The position numbers and the translations under genes were made by a program. DNA of 64,000 bases from Octopus sinensis (Eukaryota). The notes beneath the pieces are model-generated. The model was not told where the DNA came from, searched no databases, and saw only the letters and a list, made by a program, of their open reading frames with translations. The stretch is from contig NC_042998.1 in NCBI RefSeq assembly GCF_006345805.1, positions 7,564,001 to 7,628,000 on the forward strand, written 5' to 3'. Shown here one piece after another: positions 37,410 through 49,850 of the stretch. Within the stretch, counting starts at the first letter, position 1, and each line of letters begins with the position of its first letter.

Positions 37410-37626
37410 ATCTACAGACACAGACACACACACACACACACATATATATACATAGTAGATTACATATATATATATGTGCGTGTGTGTGTGTGTGTGCGTG
37501 TGTGTGTGCGTGCGTGTGTGTGTGTGTCTGTGTCTGTAGATTACATATATATGTATATATATATATGTATATGTAGATTTCATATATATGTATATATAGA
37601 TATATGAATTTATACATATGTGTATA

Positions 37627-37659
<33 letters not shown>

Positions 37660-37738
37660 TATATATATATATACATATATATGAAATCTACATATACATA
37701 TATATATATATACATATATATGTAATCTACAGACACAG

Positions 37739-37774
<36 letters not shown>

Positions 37775-38032
37775 GTAATCTACTATGTATATATATGAGT
37801 GTGTGTGCGTGTGTGTGTAATCTACATATCTATATATATATATAAGTTATCTACACACATATGTATATATATATATATATATATATGTAATCTACGCACA
37901 CACACATATATGCATATATATATATAATCTATATATATATACATGTATATATATATATATATATGTGTGTGTGTATAATCTATATATACATATATATATG
38001 TATGTATATTTACATATATTTATATATGCATT

Positions 38033-38066
<34 letters not shown>

Positions 38067-38130
38067 ACTATACATTAATACGTGCGTACATACATACATA
38101 CATACATATATACATACATACGCATACGAA
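37075..38130. repeat. (TA)n/(CA)n/(TG)n block with internal direct and inverted micro-duplications
   Basis: TATATGTAATCTAC recurs on both strands within dinucleotide runs. Confidence 0.85.
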
Positions 38131-38368
38131 TACAAAAGTTGACAGTTACTTCGAATTCTGAAGGAGGTGGTTTCCGAGATATTTTCATAAAATTCAATTT
38201 TTATAATTTAGAAATATATATATATATATTTTTTTCATTATTTTCATTTTTCATATAATCCATATTTGGTGTTTACTTTTATTAAATGTCTTCATTTCGT
38301 CTTCTCTTATGACACGTGTTTCCGTTTATCTCTCTATGTTATTGTTGTTTGGTTTTGTTCTTTGCATA

Positions 38369-38402
38369 TTTATTTTATTTTATTTTATTTCCTTTATTTA
38401 TT
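38369..38402 (-). promoter_or_regulatory. Cluster of AATAAA polyadenylation-signal candidates downstream of the PLAC exon stop
   Basis: Several TTTATT on the + strand, 65-100 nt past the stop codon. The region is A-rich, so chance occurrence is possible. Confidence 0.35.
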
Positions 38403-38465
38403 TTTTGTTTCTTTTCTCTCTTTCTCCGGACGTCTGTATGTGTGTGGCAAGGTCAAAATGTGGTG

Positions 38466-38587
38466 TCAACGATACCTCCAGTAAACGTGATTACGACAAG
38501 AGCGGCAACACTCTGTGCGGAACTGAGGATAACGACACATCTTCATGTAGGTCACCAGTGAGCAGTAGCGAGACTTGTCCCGGCAAA
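38466..38587 (-). CDS. Terminal coding exon encoding a PLAC domain (ADAMTS/ADAMTS-like/papilin-type protein)
   Basis: Acceptor TTTTTTATTTCCAG, phase 1, then CRDKSRYCSLVTYMKMCRYPQFRTECCRSCRNHVYWRYR*. Six Cys in C-x6-C-x8-C-x8-CC-x2-C spacing match PLAC, a C-terminal domain of these families. Confidence 0.85.
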
Positions 38588-39349
38588 CTGGAAATAAAAA
38601 ACGATAATAAATTATTATAAATAAATATTTTCAGATCAAGTGAAAACATCTCTTTCCTTGTGTTTTCATATTACGAAAATGAAGACCAACAAAAAAAAAA
38701 AAAGAATGTTATAAAATAAAAGTCTTGGAATGTTTCAGTTCAATGGAAAGAGATGGAAAAGAAACCTTTCTAAGTAACTTCATACTGAAAATATGCATGT
38801 GTTGTGGTGACCCTTCAGTTTTGATTTTTAACCGAACACTGAAAATAATTGTAATATTAACTCTATATAAAGTAACAAGATCTCAGATTCGAAGCCAATC
38901 TGATGTGTCGACAAAAGCCTTGCCCCTTGAGTCAATTTGTAACTTTCTGTTGATTAAATCCAATGAAAATATCAAAAACTTCTGAGTCCTGCAAAGAAAG
39001 AAGAGAAAGATGTATATTATGTACAAAGTTTTGTAATATAACTTCCCTGAGTTAATCCGAAGACTGAGCAATGGTGTGGTAGGTGATTCAGAAGAAAAAA
39101 GTTATATATAATTAGAATACAATTTAGTAGAATCAATTTGGCAACATCTTATCAAAAGAAGTATACTTTAGATATTATTTAGCTAAACTTGTCTATATTT
39201 TGTGTTTGATAGTGATAAATTGCATCATTTGATAAGACTTATTTTATCAATCCACTTGTCAACTTGTTTAATATTGATCGCCATCAGGTTGAGTTTCTTT
39301 GGATTTGTCTGATGCAATCGCTCCATCAATAACGATGCTATGCGAAAGG

Positions 39350-40260
39350 TCAGTAAGCTATGTACGTAAAGAAGTGGTGTATCCATGTTGAGTGTCTACA
39401 GAAATGCATCGCTTGAATTTTTGCTTGGCTTTTCAGCAATGTCCCAGAAAACACATGTATCTTTCTATCTATTGGCACCAATACTTGCAAGTGTCTACGA
39501 TACTGTTTTTGTGTGGTTCGAAGCTTTTTCTACGAGATTATCTAGAACGGCGGTAGCATACAAATGCGCCGCTTGATTGTAGTAGACGTATTCAAACTTT
39601 AAATCATTACTATTCAGAACAGTACCTGTTACCATTTTTTAAAGTTCATGTAGAATGATGCAATCTTCTGAGATGGTGTCAGCAAAGAGAACGATATCAT
39701 CTGTTATTTATTTTAGCTGGGCAACAAGAGGAGGTGATTGTTGTTAGATGAAGCCGAGCTCTTTCATCTTCTTCATAAGAAATGTGAGGAACATAGTCCA
39801 AGTAGACGACAGATAGGAATATGGTATGCTTACAGTGATGTAGAGAAAGTCGGTGTCTCCACCAGGTGATAGTATTTTAGCTCTTGTGTTCTTGTAGGAC
39901 ATCATTACTGCTGTTATTACTTCTTGATGTACTGTGTATATAAGAATTTGCTTCGTTTGACCTCATTGGTCAGAGTGGAGAACGATTGAAACTGTTCGCA
40001 GATTTTTATTCCTGACTCCCTAAATGATCCTTCGGATTGTAAAGATTTGTCTAACAATAGGTAGACTCGAACTTTGCCTGAACCTGTTCTTTTTCCGAAA
40101 GACTTTTGGATGTATAGAATTTCAGCAACAATTTTTAAACAGATTTCTAAGACATTTTTGCTGCTGTAACTGTAAAGACTACCCTGTAATTTTTAGCTAT
40201 GCCACAATTACTCTTCTTTGAGAATTCGAGAATACATCAAGCCTTAGTTCAGTTTTCAAT
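39350..40260 (-). mobile_element. Decayed RTE-clade LINE reverse-transcriptase fragment
   Basis: Minus-strand pieces NYRVVFTVTAAKM, NRFRQSSS, AVMMSYKNTRAKILSPGGDTDF and DDIVLFADTISE correspond to RTE RT subdomains, with stops and frameshifts. Confidence 0.7.
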
Positions 40261-41761
40261 TGGCTTCTAATTGTATACTATATTACAAAATTGCCATTCG
40301 ATGCGTGTCTTGCAGAAACCTAATGGTATGTCATGAATGCCAATATTATACATACATACATACATACATACATACATACATACATACATACATACATACA
40401 TACATACATACATACATACACACATACATACATACATACATACATGTTCCTACCTCCATTCATTATTTTAGTAAATGAAGATAAAATTATGTAATGCATT
40501 GAGTACGTACGGTTAATGTACATTAAATACGAAAATGTTTTTCGCTCATATTAGTTGGTAAAGTTTCAAGTAAAGTAATGAACGTCGTTGCACAGGAATA
40601 TTTTATTTGGCTGTGAAACAAACTATAACATTTATGTATGCGTTAAAACAACTATGCGTGTAATCTGACTACTGCGGAGGATGTACTTCTACGAATGCGA
40701 ATCTTAGCGATAAAACGAATCTTCTAATTGGTTTGATATGTTGCAATTAATTTTCAATTTATTTGATAGGAATAAACGTTTATTTGACTCAATATGGAAT
40801 ATGTAATAATAATACATGAGGGTGATAAAACCGTTTAAGAAGTGTTGCTGATATATGATTCGAAGGAACTTCTGAAAGGAGATCAGGTTCTAAATTATAT
40901 TTTGTTTCGAAATGGATTTCAACATACCAGAAACTATATGATAGAATAATGCTTACCGGATTCTTAGACTTCATTCTTCCACAAATTATCTCAAGATGCC
41001 GTACACACACACACATGCATACACACACTCTCTCTTTCTCTCTCTCTCTCTCACACACACACACATCTTTGTGCGTGTCACTTTATGTTACTAACTGTGT
41101 ATTTATGTACTACAAACGAAAGTGGAACAATTTTATGATTTCTACTTAGTCAATAGTAATCTATTTAGTGTATTTTTTACACCATAATAAATGTTACAAC
41201 TTCAGAAGTAAAAAAAAACTGGACTTCGGGTATTTACAGTATGTTGTGGTTAAGTGGTATGTGGTAATATTAGAATATATTCTAGTATTTGTATATGTTT
41301 TTATGCTACTATGAAATCGAATCTCATCTGCCAAATGGTGTTGGGTGTCATAATTATATTTTCTCCTAAAAAATGGGAAAACAGAACACATTACATTTCA
41401 AACCGGTTTTGACGGTGTTCATTTTAATGTCTGAAACAATTACTTGATTAGTAGACACAACTAAATTTCTTTGGAAAGAAAACTTTAGCTGTCTTCATGC
41501 AAAATGGACCTGAAAGTCGAACCCAATTCTGACTGATTACGCTTTCTTGTAGCTTTCTCATAATTTCTTTATAAAGTATAACTTAACTATTTTGAGATTT
41601 GTAGAATATGTTACTAAGCGCACACAAACATAACTTAATATCGTGAAATCTTACTGAAATTAATAATATGCATCTTTAAACATATACAGAGTTTACTTAC
41701 CTTAAAATATACTCAGTACTGACGTAACTTTTTATCAATATCCCATAATATATGATAATTT

Positions 41762-42120
41762 ATTATCTCCGCCTTAGCGAAGGCAGAGGTATTGTTTTCA
41801 GTCGTGTTTGTTTGTTTGTCAGTGGACAAGATATCTCAAGAACCGCTCGATGGATTCGGTCGAAACTTTCAGGGATGTTTGAGCTCGTAACAGATTAGAT
41901 TTTGAGATCGATCTGGTATCAGACAAGGATTCGGGATTATTTATCCTGTATTTTTTTTTACTTAATTTTTGAGAGCGGTCGGGTTCAATTTTAGCATTCT
42001 CGTTTGTGAGAGCAGTAGAGTTTATTTTAGATATTCTCATTTTAAAAATCATCTCTGGTTAATCGTTGAGAGGACATTGGTGTTGCCTTGGCAGAGGTTT
42101 GTGCTCTCTGAGTGCTCTTG
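41762..42120 (+). mobile_element. Non-autonomous Helentron-like (HINE/DINE-type) element
   Basis: Starts TTATCTCCGCC.TAGCGAAGGCAGAGGTATTGTTTTC and ends GGCAGAGGTTTGTGCTCTCTGAGTGCTCTT, with subterminal inverted similarity. Confidence 0.55.
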
Positions 42121-42418
42121 CTTAAGCATACATTAATGAATTAGCTAATATTGATAGCTAACATTGTGGCGACAAAATACCTTTTGGAGTGGTACTAGAA
42201 AATACATATCATGAATAATACATCCAGTATTATTCATGATATTTAAGCCTTGAAGTACAATGTGGCGAATTCAATAATGACACAGAGACTTTATTAATGA
42301 CATCAACTATAAGACAAGATCACGGAAGATTTCATGGTATTAATTATTACAGCTGTAGGAGGAATAGATTAATTAATAAAAGGAATGTTTTAAAAAGTTA
42401 AACATGTTCACAAAGTCG

Positions 42419-42489
42419 CCTGAAAGATAGAAATCACCTGAAAGATAGAAATCGCCTGAAAGATAGAAATTGCCTGAAAGATAGATATA
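42419..42489. repeat. 18-bp minisatellite, four copies of CCTGAAAGATAGAAATC(A/G)
   Basis: Copies start at 42419, 42437, 42455 and 42473. Confidence 0.9.
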
Positions 42490-43049
42490 CTGACAGTGTA
42501 CTTTGCCAATCCTCACGATGAAAGTTGGGTTATCCACGCTGTAAGAAAGGAAGTTTGATTAATAAAGCATTTTAAAAAAGTAATTTCCAAGACCATGATA
42601 AAATGCAATGAGTTTCAGGTAAGAGGATAAAATATATGCCTTTCGAATGAATGTTGAACGTTATGGTAATAAGACATCTTTCTCTAATATATTTTTAATA
42701 ACTGCATAATATTACTTTATGATTAGGATTGCTAAGCTATCGATGCTCTGAATTCGAAATAGTTAATAATTTTGACTGAAGTGATTTCATTTTACCATCA
42801 TTCATAAATCCTTTGAGAAAAGCATAAATGCTGCTTAACATTATTACTCTCATACATTGAAGATTGTCGCTGATGTTAGATATTCTTATATACAATAACT
42901 AAGGCAGAGTGTCGTAGAAGACGCTAAATCATAATAAGGGGAGTTTTATGACCAAGTTCTCAGTTGCCATAATTTCAGTTTCTATTGCTACCGAGAAAAG
43001 CATCTCAGCTGCAATATATTATCTTTTCTTCTCTTATATCCCAATAAAA

Positions 43050-43954
43050 TAATTCTTTCTACTATAGGCACAAGGCCTGACATTTCATGGAGAGGTGTTA
43101 TTCGATCACATTGACCCCAATGTTAAACTGGTACTAATTTTATCGATTTTGAAAGGATGAAAGGCAAAGTCAAACTCGGTGGCATTTGAACTCAGAATGT
43201 AAAGCCGGAAGAAAAGCCGCTAAGCATTTTTCCCAGCAGGTTAATGATTCTGTCAATACACTACCTTAAAAGCCGATTTCAAATTTTGGCCCAAGGCTAA
43301 CAATTTCAGGTAAGTGGTAAGTCAATTACATCCACCTCAGTACTCAACTGGTACTTATGTTATCGACTTCGACAGGGTGAAAGGCAAAGTCGACATCGGC
43401 GGATTTTGAACTCGGACGAAATACTGCAAAGAATTTTGCTCAGTGTGCTAACTATTCTGCTAGCTCCCTATCCTCACTGCCCTAGATATCACAATATAGT
43501 AATTATTTCTACTCTAGGCATAAGGCTTTGAAATTTTGGCGGGGTAGGGGATCTAGTCGAGTATATCGACCCCAGTGCGTAACCGGTACTAATTTCATTG
43601 ACCCAGAAAGGATGTAAGACAAAGTCAGCGTCGGCGGAATTTGAACTCAGAGCGTAGCAGCAGGCGAAATACTACTAAGCATTTCACCCGGGGTGCTAAC
43701 GATTCTGCCAGCTCACCGCATTTATACCACAATATAATAATTATTTTTACTTTAGGCCCAAAGGCCTTCAAAATTTTTTTGGGAAGGGAATTAGTAGATT
43801 ACATCGACTCCAGTGCATAACTGGTACTTAATTTATCGACCTTGAAAAGATGAAAGGCAAATTCGACCTTGGCAGAATTTGAACTCAGAACGTAGCGAAA
43901 TACCGCTAAGCATTTCGCCCGGCGTGCTAACGATTCTGCCAGCTCACCGCCTTT
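43050..43954 (-). mobile_element. Four consecutive SINE family B copies
   Basis: Each contains GAAAGGCAAAGT...TTTGAACTC; the last two are bracketed by three copies of ATATCACAATATAATAA. Confidence 0.8.
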
Positions 43955-44327
43955 ATATCACAATATAATAACAATAAACTAATTATTACATTTTATATCA
44001 TTCTTATATTATATTTTACTACATTCTATATCATTATTGAATTATATCATATCATATGATGCCCTAACCGGCATTATAAATGCAACTAGCCGTAAACTAC
44101 TCATTTATATTAGAACAATGTTGTTATATACTACACAGAAATAATTATTGCTAAAGTAAATTTATGCTGCATTCAAAAAATATTTCGTGTTACAGTGCGT
44201 ATTTAATAATAAGTGATACTTCCTAGATAATCTAAACCAAGCATGCAACTCATATATGATATATTCCATGTTATATTCAACCGATATGCTATGGGGTAGG
44301 ATACATAGAAAAGTATAACATATCACT

Positions 44328-44402
<75 letters not shown>

Positions 44403-44486
44403 ATTAGTGTACATTTAAGCACAAAGAGGCGAGCCTTAACAGGTTGTCTGACATACTAGAAAGACCAGTCGAAAAGTCCAAACCAG

Positions 44487-44519
<33 letters not shown>

Positions 44520-44594
44520 ATAGAAATGGTCAGACAACAAAAGAATGAAAGAGACCTCGATATTATGTAAATAGAGAAAATTATTTGTAAATGG

Positions 44595-44825
44595 GACAAT
44601 TATTCGGCAGCCATATTAAAACTCCGAGTTTCGGATGTCGGGGTGGAAATCCACGCCGCCATCTCTTCAGTTATCCGGAAAAAATGCTATGAAAAATCCT
44701 TTGAAAAATCATAGTTTCTCATAACATTTTTTTTCCGATGACCGGATAATTGAAGAGATGGCAGCGTGGATTTCCACCCTTACATCCGAAACTCGGAGTT
44801 TTATCATTGCTACCGAATAATTGTC
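44595..44825. mobile_element. ~100-bp-arm inverted repeat carrying hammerhead-like folds on both strands
   Basis: GACAATTATTCGG... / ...CCGAATAATTGTC. Each arm reads GATAA-(C/T)TGAAGA-GATG...CATC-C-GAAA-CTC-G-GAG-TT-TTA. Confidence 0.6.
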
Positions 44826-45119
44826 ACATATTACATTGACATATATATATACATACACACCAGTAGTACCTCTGAAATATATAAATTGAAAATACTATCA
44901 CTGCTTAACTATTATCACTGAAAATGAAACGATTCACCAAGTTATGTGTTTGGATTAGAATACTACCATTTTATCTTTTACACCGATGAAGCTCGAAGAT
45001 CGAAATCAGATGATCTGTAAATTACTAAATTATATTAATTATATATATAGATAGATAGATAAAAAAACTGTATCATACTTGCCTTATTGGTGCAATGTTC
45101 AACAAAATTCAACTCACAA

Positions 45120-45154
<35 letters not shown>

Positions 45155-46082
45155 TATATATATATATCTATAAAAATACATACAAAGATTTGTGTTCATA
45201 CGTATATGCGTGTGTAATACCCTCAGCTTACGGATAAATTTTACAAACTATTTTGTCTTTGTACCATTCATACGAACAATACGATCGTTGATATTTTCTT
45301 TAGATGTAATCCTGAATCTCTCAACGGATTTATATTCTAAAGAAAAACCTAACGAAACAGCATCAAGCAGTCTAACAGATACACTCAGTTTCGTAAAAAC
45401 ACATTTTCTTCCAATGAACAAATGTTTAATGAATCTTGTAGTTACTGCAATATAGATCTTTATAAAAGCAGCTTTAAAATTCACTATCTTAAGCTGAATA
45501 TCAAATAATTTCCGCTGTGGTATTAGAGTAGAAATATCTAATGGTTCAATCGTCCTACAACTTAGAACAAAAACATCCAAAACAAAACATCTCTTTTCTG
45601 AAAATAAAAGGAAAATATTTTCAACCAGAACATGAACATTATAGAATTATTAACAAGTCCACTATCACGATTTCAAAGGCTGCTACACTAAAATACACTC
45701 ATTAACCGTAATTATTCTATTCCAATTAATTGTCATTTGACTTCTAATTGTTTTGCAAAGGATACAGAGTATCAAACGATACAGTGTACAAACAACAAAT
45801 TCCACTGAGTAATATATAAGTTTTATTGCTAATACCTTTAAAGTTCGCTACCATCAACATATCCATTTATTCTGAAATACGATCAGAAGCAGCTTTAATT
45901 CACTCTCTGGTTTCATTTGGGAGTTCACTAATTACATACTCAAACACTCACACACATAAATGTATTTATACATAGATGAGCAGATCTATTAATATATAAA
46001 TATATTTATTTATACATATTATGAATGCATGTTCCTTTATTTCTATTTCTACACAATAATCTTTCTCTCTTTTCCTCTCTCA

Positions 46083-46140
<58 letters not shown>

Positions 46141-46203
46141 GTAAACAAACACATGTATATGAGTGTGGAAATTAATGAGTATATGATGATGATCATGATC
46201 ATG

Positions 46204-46250
<47 letters not shown>

Positions 46251-46254
<4 letters not shown>

Positions 46255-46739
46255 GGGTCACAGAAAACGAGAAAGCAACCATATTCTGGGATATGCCAAA
46301 ACACAGAGATAGAGAAATTAAGGCCAATAGGCCCAATATAGTTGTCAGAGATCATGAAGAAAAAAATGCTTTCTAATTGATGTATCAATACCAGCAGATA
46401 ATAACGTTTCTCTAAAAGAAATGGAGAAACCTTCAAAATACAAAGACCTGGAAATAGAGTTAACTCGAATGTGGAATCTGAAAACAGAAACAATTCCTAT
46501 CATAGGAGGCGCATTAGGTATGATAAAAAAACATTCAGACAAATACATAGCAAAAACACCAGGACTTACAAATATATATAACATACAGAAAATTGCACTA
46601 CTTGGCACTGCGCACATCCTACGCAAAACTCTTTCAATACAGTAACCATAAGAGCATCACAACAAATCGCAGCACATACCCAAGGCACACAGAGCTGTGC
46701 TCGGTAGTGAAGTGAAAGCACGCTATAAAAATAAAACTA

Positions 46740-46742
<3 letters not shown>
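46251..46742 (+). mobile_element. 5'-truncated R4/Dong-like non-LTR element (restriction-like endonuclease domain) inserted in (TAA)n
   Basis: ENEKATIFWDMP...ANRPNIVV...(frameshift)CFLIDVSIP...KYKDLEIELTRMW...IQKIALLGTAHILRK*, then a 3' UTR. (TAA)n on both sides. Confidence 0.8.
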
Positions 46743-46800
<58 letters not shown>

Positions 46801-46832
46801 TAATAGCAATAATAATAATAATAATAACAATG

Positions 46833-46867
<35 letters not shown>

Positions 46868-49850
46868 TATTATTATTATTATTATTGTTATTATTATTAT
46901 TATTGGCAATAAAACATATCATGGATGCGAAACATTATTTTAATGCTTGATACATATACATATGATTACCAAATAGTCAAAGCCTACATTATTTCTTTGG
47001 TTATTTTATTTTACTTGAATTTTTTGTTTATTTTTCTAAAAATGTATTTATTATAAAATGCTGGATGTTTTCTTTTCTGACCTTAGGATGCCGGGTGCGA
47101 TTAAGCACTGGGTGATTGTTTTGTAAGTTTGCACCCTCTTTTTTTTATGACTCACACACACACACAAACGCATGTACACTCGCGTATAGATAATTTTCCT
47201 TCTCTCCCTATCTCTATCTTTATTTCTTGTTTTTTTCCCCCCTTCTTTAATATTTCGACGGTTTTAGTAATATGATTGATGAGAGCCTCGTTCTTCAAAC
47301 GTTTCATTCTGTACCTAAATGTTGTAGTTAACGCGTGTTCCTTACTCTTCCGTTTAGAGTCCCTCATTAGAAATAAGAAAAACAACGCGAATTTTATGGT
47401 ATATTCACCCACCATTCATATTATAATTGAAAAAAAAGCAACTACTCTCAATATCCAATTTTTGACTGGAATATCTAAGTGTAAATTGCTAAGAAGATTA
47501 ATGATAACAATCTAATACCATAACCGGTAGTGGTTGGATTGTTTAACAAATTTATGACATGACAGTATTTACTGAATAACTTAACATGAACTAAAACACC
47601 GAACTTGTATGTACAGGGATTAAATTTCTGTACATGTAACACTAAGTTAATTTGTCTCCAGAAGACCGGCACCGATTTGTAGACATATAGTGTTATTTCG
47701 GTTCAAATGTGTACATCTTCACAATTCCAAACGCGTGTATACACCCAGCTGTACACAAACACTCCCACACACGATCGTACATACACATGTCGGCAGAGTT
47801 TTTCTCTCCTGCTCTTGCTGCTACATTTCCTGACTAATAGCTGTTAAAATATTATACCCCTAAAAGGGTAACTAGCAGAACTTCTCTTTCTGTTATCGTC
47901 AAAATCAAATGTGTGTGTGTATGCAGGTATGTATGTATGTATGTATGTATGTATGTATGTATGTTTTGCAATGACCATACTCGATAATGAGGGGGCAGCC
48001 ATAATGTATGTATGTATGCATGTATGTATGTATTTATGCATGTATGTATTTGTGTATATATGTATGTATGTATGAATGAATGTATGTACGTATGTATAAC
48101 GTTTATAAAATGCCTATTAAAGTGCTCAACATAACCATTGAGTAAGAACTGCATATACGATACTCCGTTATATTCCAAAGTAAGTCTGGAAAGAAAACTC
48201 TTGCTTTCACACAAATAGTTGCATAATATAAGATTGTTGGTTATAATAGTCATAGTGTATTGATAGATAGTGCAAGACAGTTGAAAACAATGTAAAAATT
48301 ATATATTTATGTAATCAAGTATGCGTTTTAGACCAATGTCACCATTTTATTAAATCTCTCTATCAGACTTCTGGACTACAATAAATACTGGTCACTAAAT
48401 AAGTTGTATCGATTTGTGCAAAAGAAATACGTACGATTAATCTTACGTAATCATCATATATCTGTCATCGAAATACGTGTAAAGTTGTTGAGTCGTTTAT
48501 TCCACACTGTTTCCTTCTATCGTCCTTTACACACATACACATAAAAGCAACTTAGGTTTTAAAATAAAAGATCTTGACAAAACGGTAGATGTTTATCAAG
48601 TATGAACACAGAAGTTGTATTTAAGATAAGAAGTAAAACATGGGTCAGTGTAGCTTCTCTCCTATTCAGCACATAGTCAATATATTGTAACTTAGATACT
48701 CCTCGAAACCTTTAATGTGCTTCACATTTCTTTCTCATATCTTGTAAGTGGAATTTGATTGATGGAAGCTGTGCAGAAGGCTGAATTATGCATAACTAGA
48801 AAGCATTACTGGGTTTCACGGTTCAATAATGTATGAATATAAGAAACTAGAAATAGCTTAGCAAGGAACAAATTTATTATAAACAATATCAATAAATAGA
48901 GAAGAAAGCTTGCCTCAAACTATACACAACAGAATCAGAAATTCCTGACTTTCCTCTTAACAAACTCGCCATACACATTGCATGGATGAGGGAGATATTC
49001 GTAGAATATCAGAATTTGCGAGAAATACACGACCTTCTACCGAAATATAAACAAACGTTTTACTTCCACCTAATTATCTTTAATTAGTGAAGTTTACCAA
49101 TGGTTAAAAATAAAGCTATTGTTATTACCATTTTACATCTTCGATTCTGTAAAACTCTCCAAAATTATTGTATTTTGTTTCTGTTGCTAAGTCTTTTCTT
49201 TATACAAATATGGATCATCTTCATTGGTCAATGTATGTTAGTGTGGGCTAAAATTACATTATCCTTATTAACTATTTGATTCCGTCGTCTTGAATGAACT
49301 TTATCTACTTCTCAAAATGTGCATTAAGCTTTAGCTAATATTAATCTTCTTGCAAGAAATGCTTTATGATTTAACCAATGCTTGTAACCGTCTTGGGGTT
49401 TAGCTAATGACAAGAAAAGATTTAGAGAAAACAAAGATATCAAATTATGGAACGTGATGCCATTTACGCTGTAGTTTTAATACAAAATCAATAAAATCCT
49501 TTAATACAAATCTAGGAATACAGTCGTTGAACTCTGCAAGGGGAAAGAAACAGAAGATATTGCCTTACATTATAGGAAGTAATGAAGATAATACTGAAAA
49601 TGAGATGACATTAGATGACATTACAGAGGTAGATTTAGATGCATAAATGAACTTTCGTTAATTACATACGTATGTTCACATGTGAAGCCTTCATGGTGCA
49701 CAGGAAAATCAATACATAAACTGAAGGAAGAAACAAACAAATTAACCCGAATTTTGCACGAAAATTCAAACGACATTTTCTTGTCATACTGAATAGTAGT
49801 AATTTCATTGAATGGGGTAATCATGAAGGCAGGCAGTCTTACGTTTCATA

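Noticed and set aside
45192-45580. 87-aa and 110-aa opposing ORFs
   Set aside because: No motifs; composition is consistent with chance ORFs in AT-rich DNA.
47690-47832. Candidate minus-strand exon (LLVRKCSSKSRREKLC...)
   Set aside because: There is an acceptor, but no good donor and no TSP1 or other recognisable motif.
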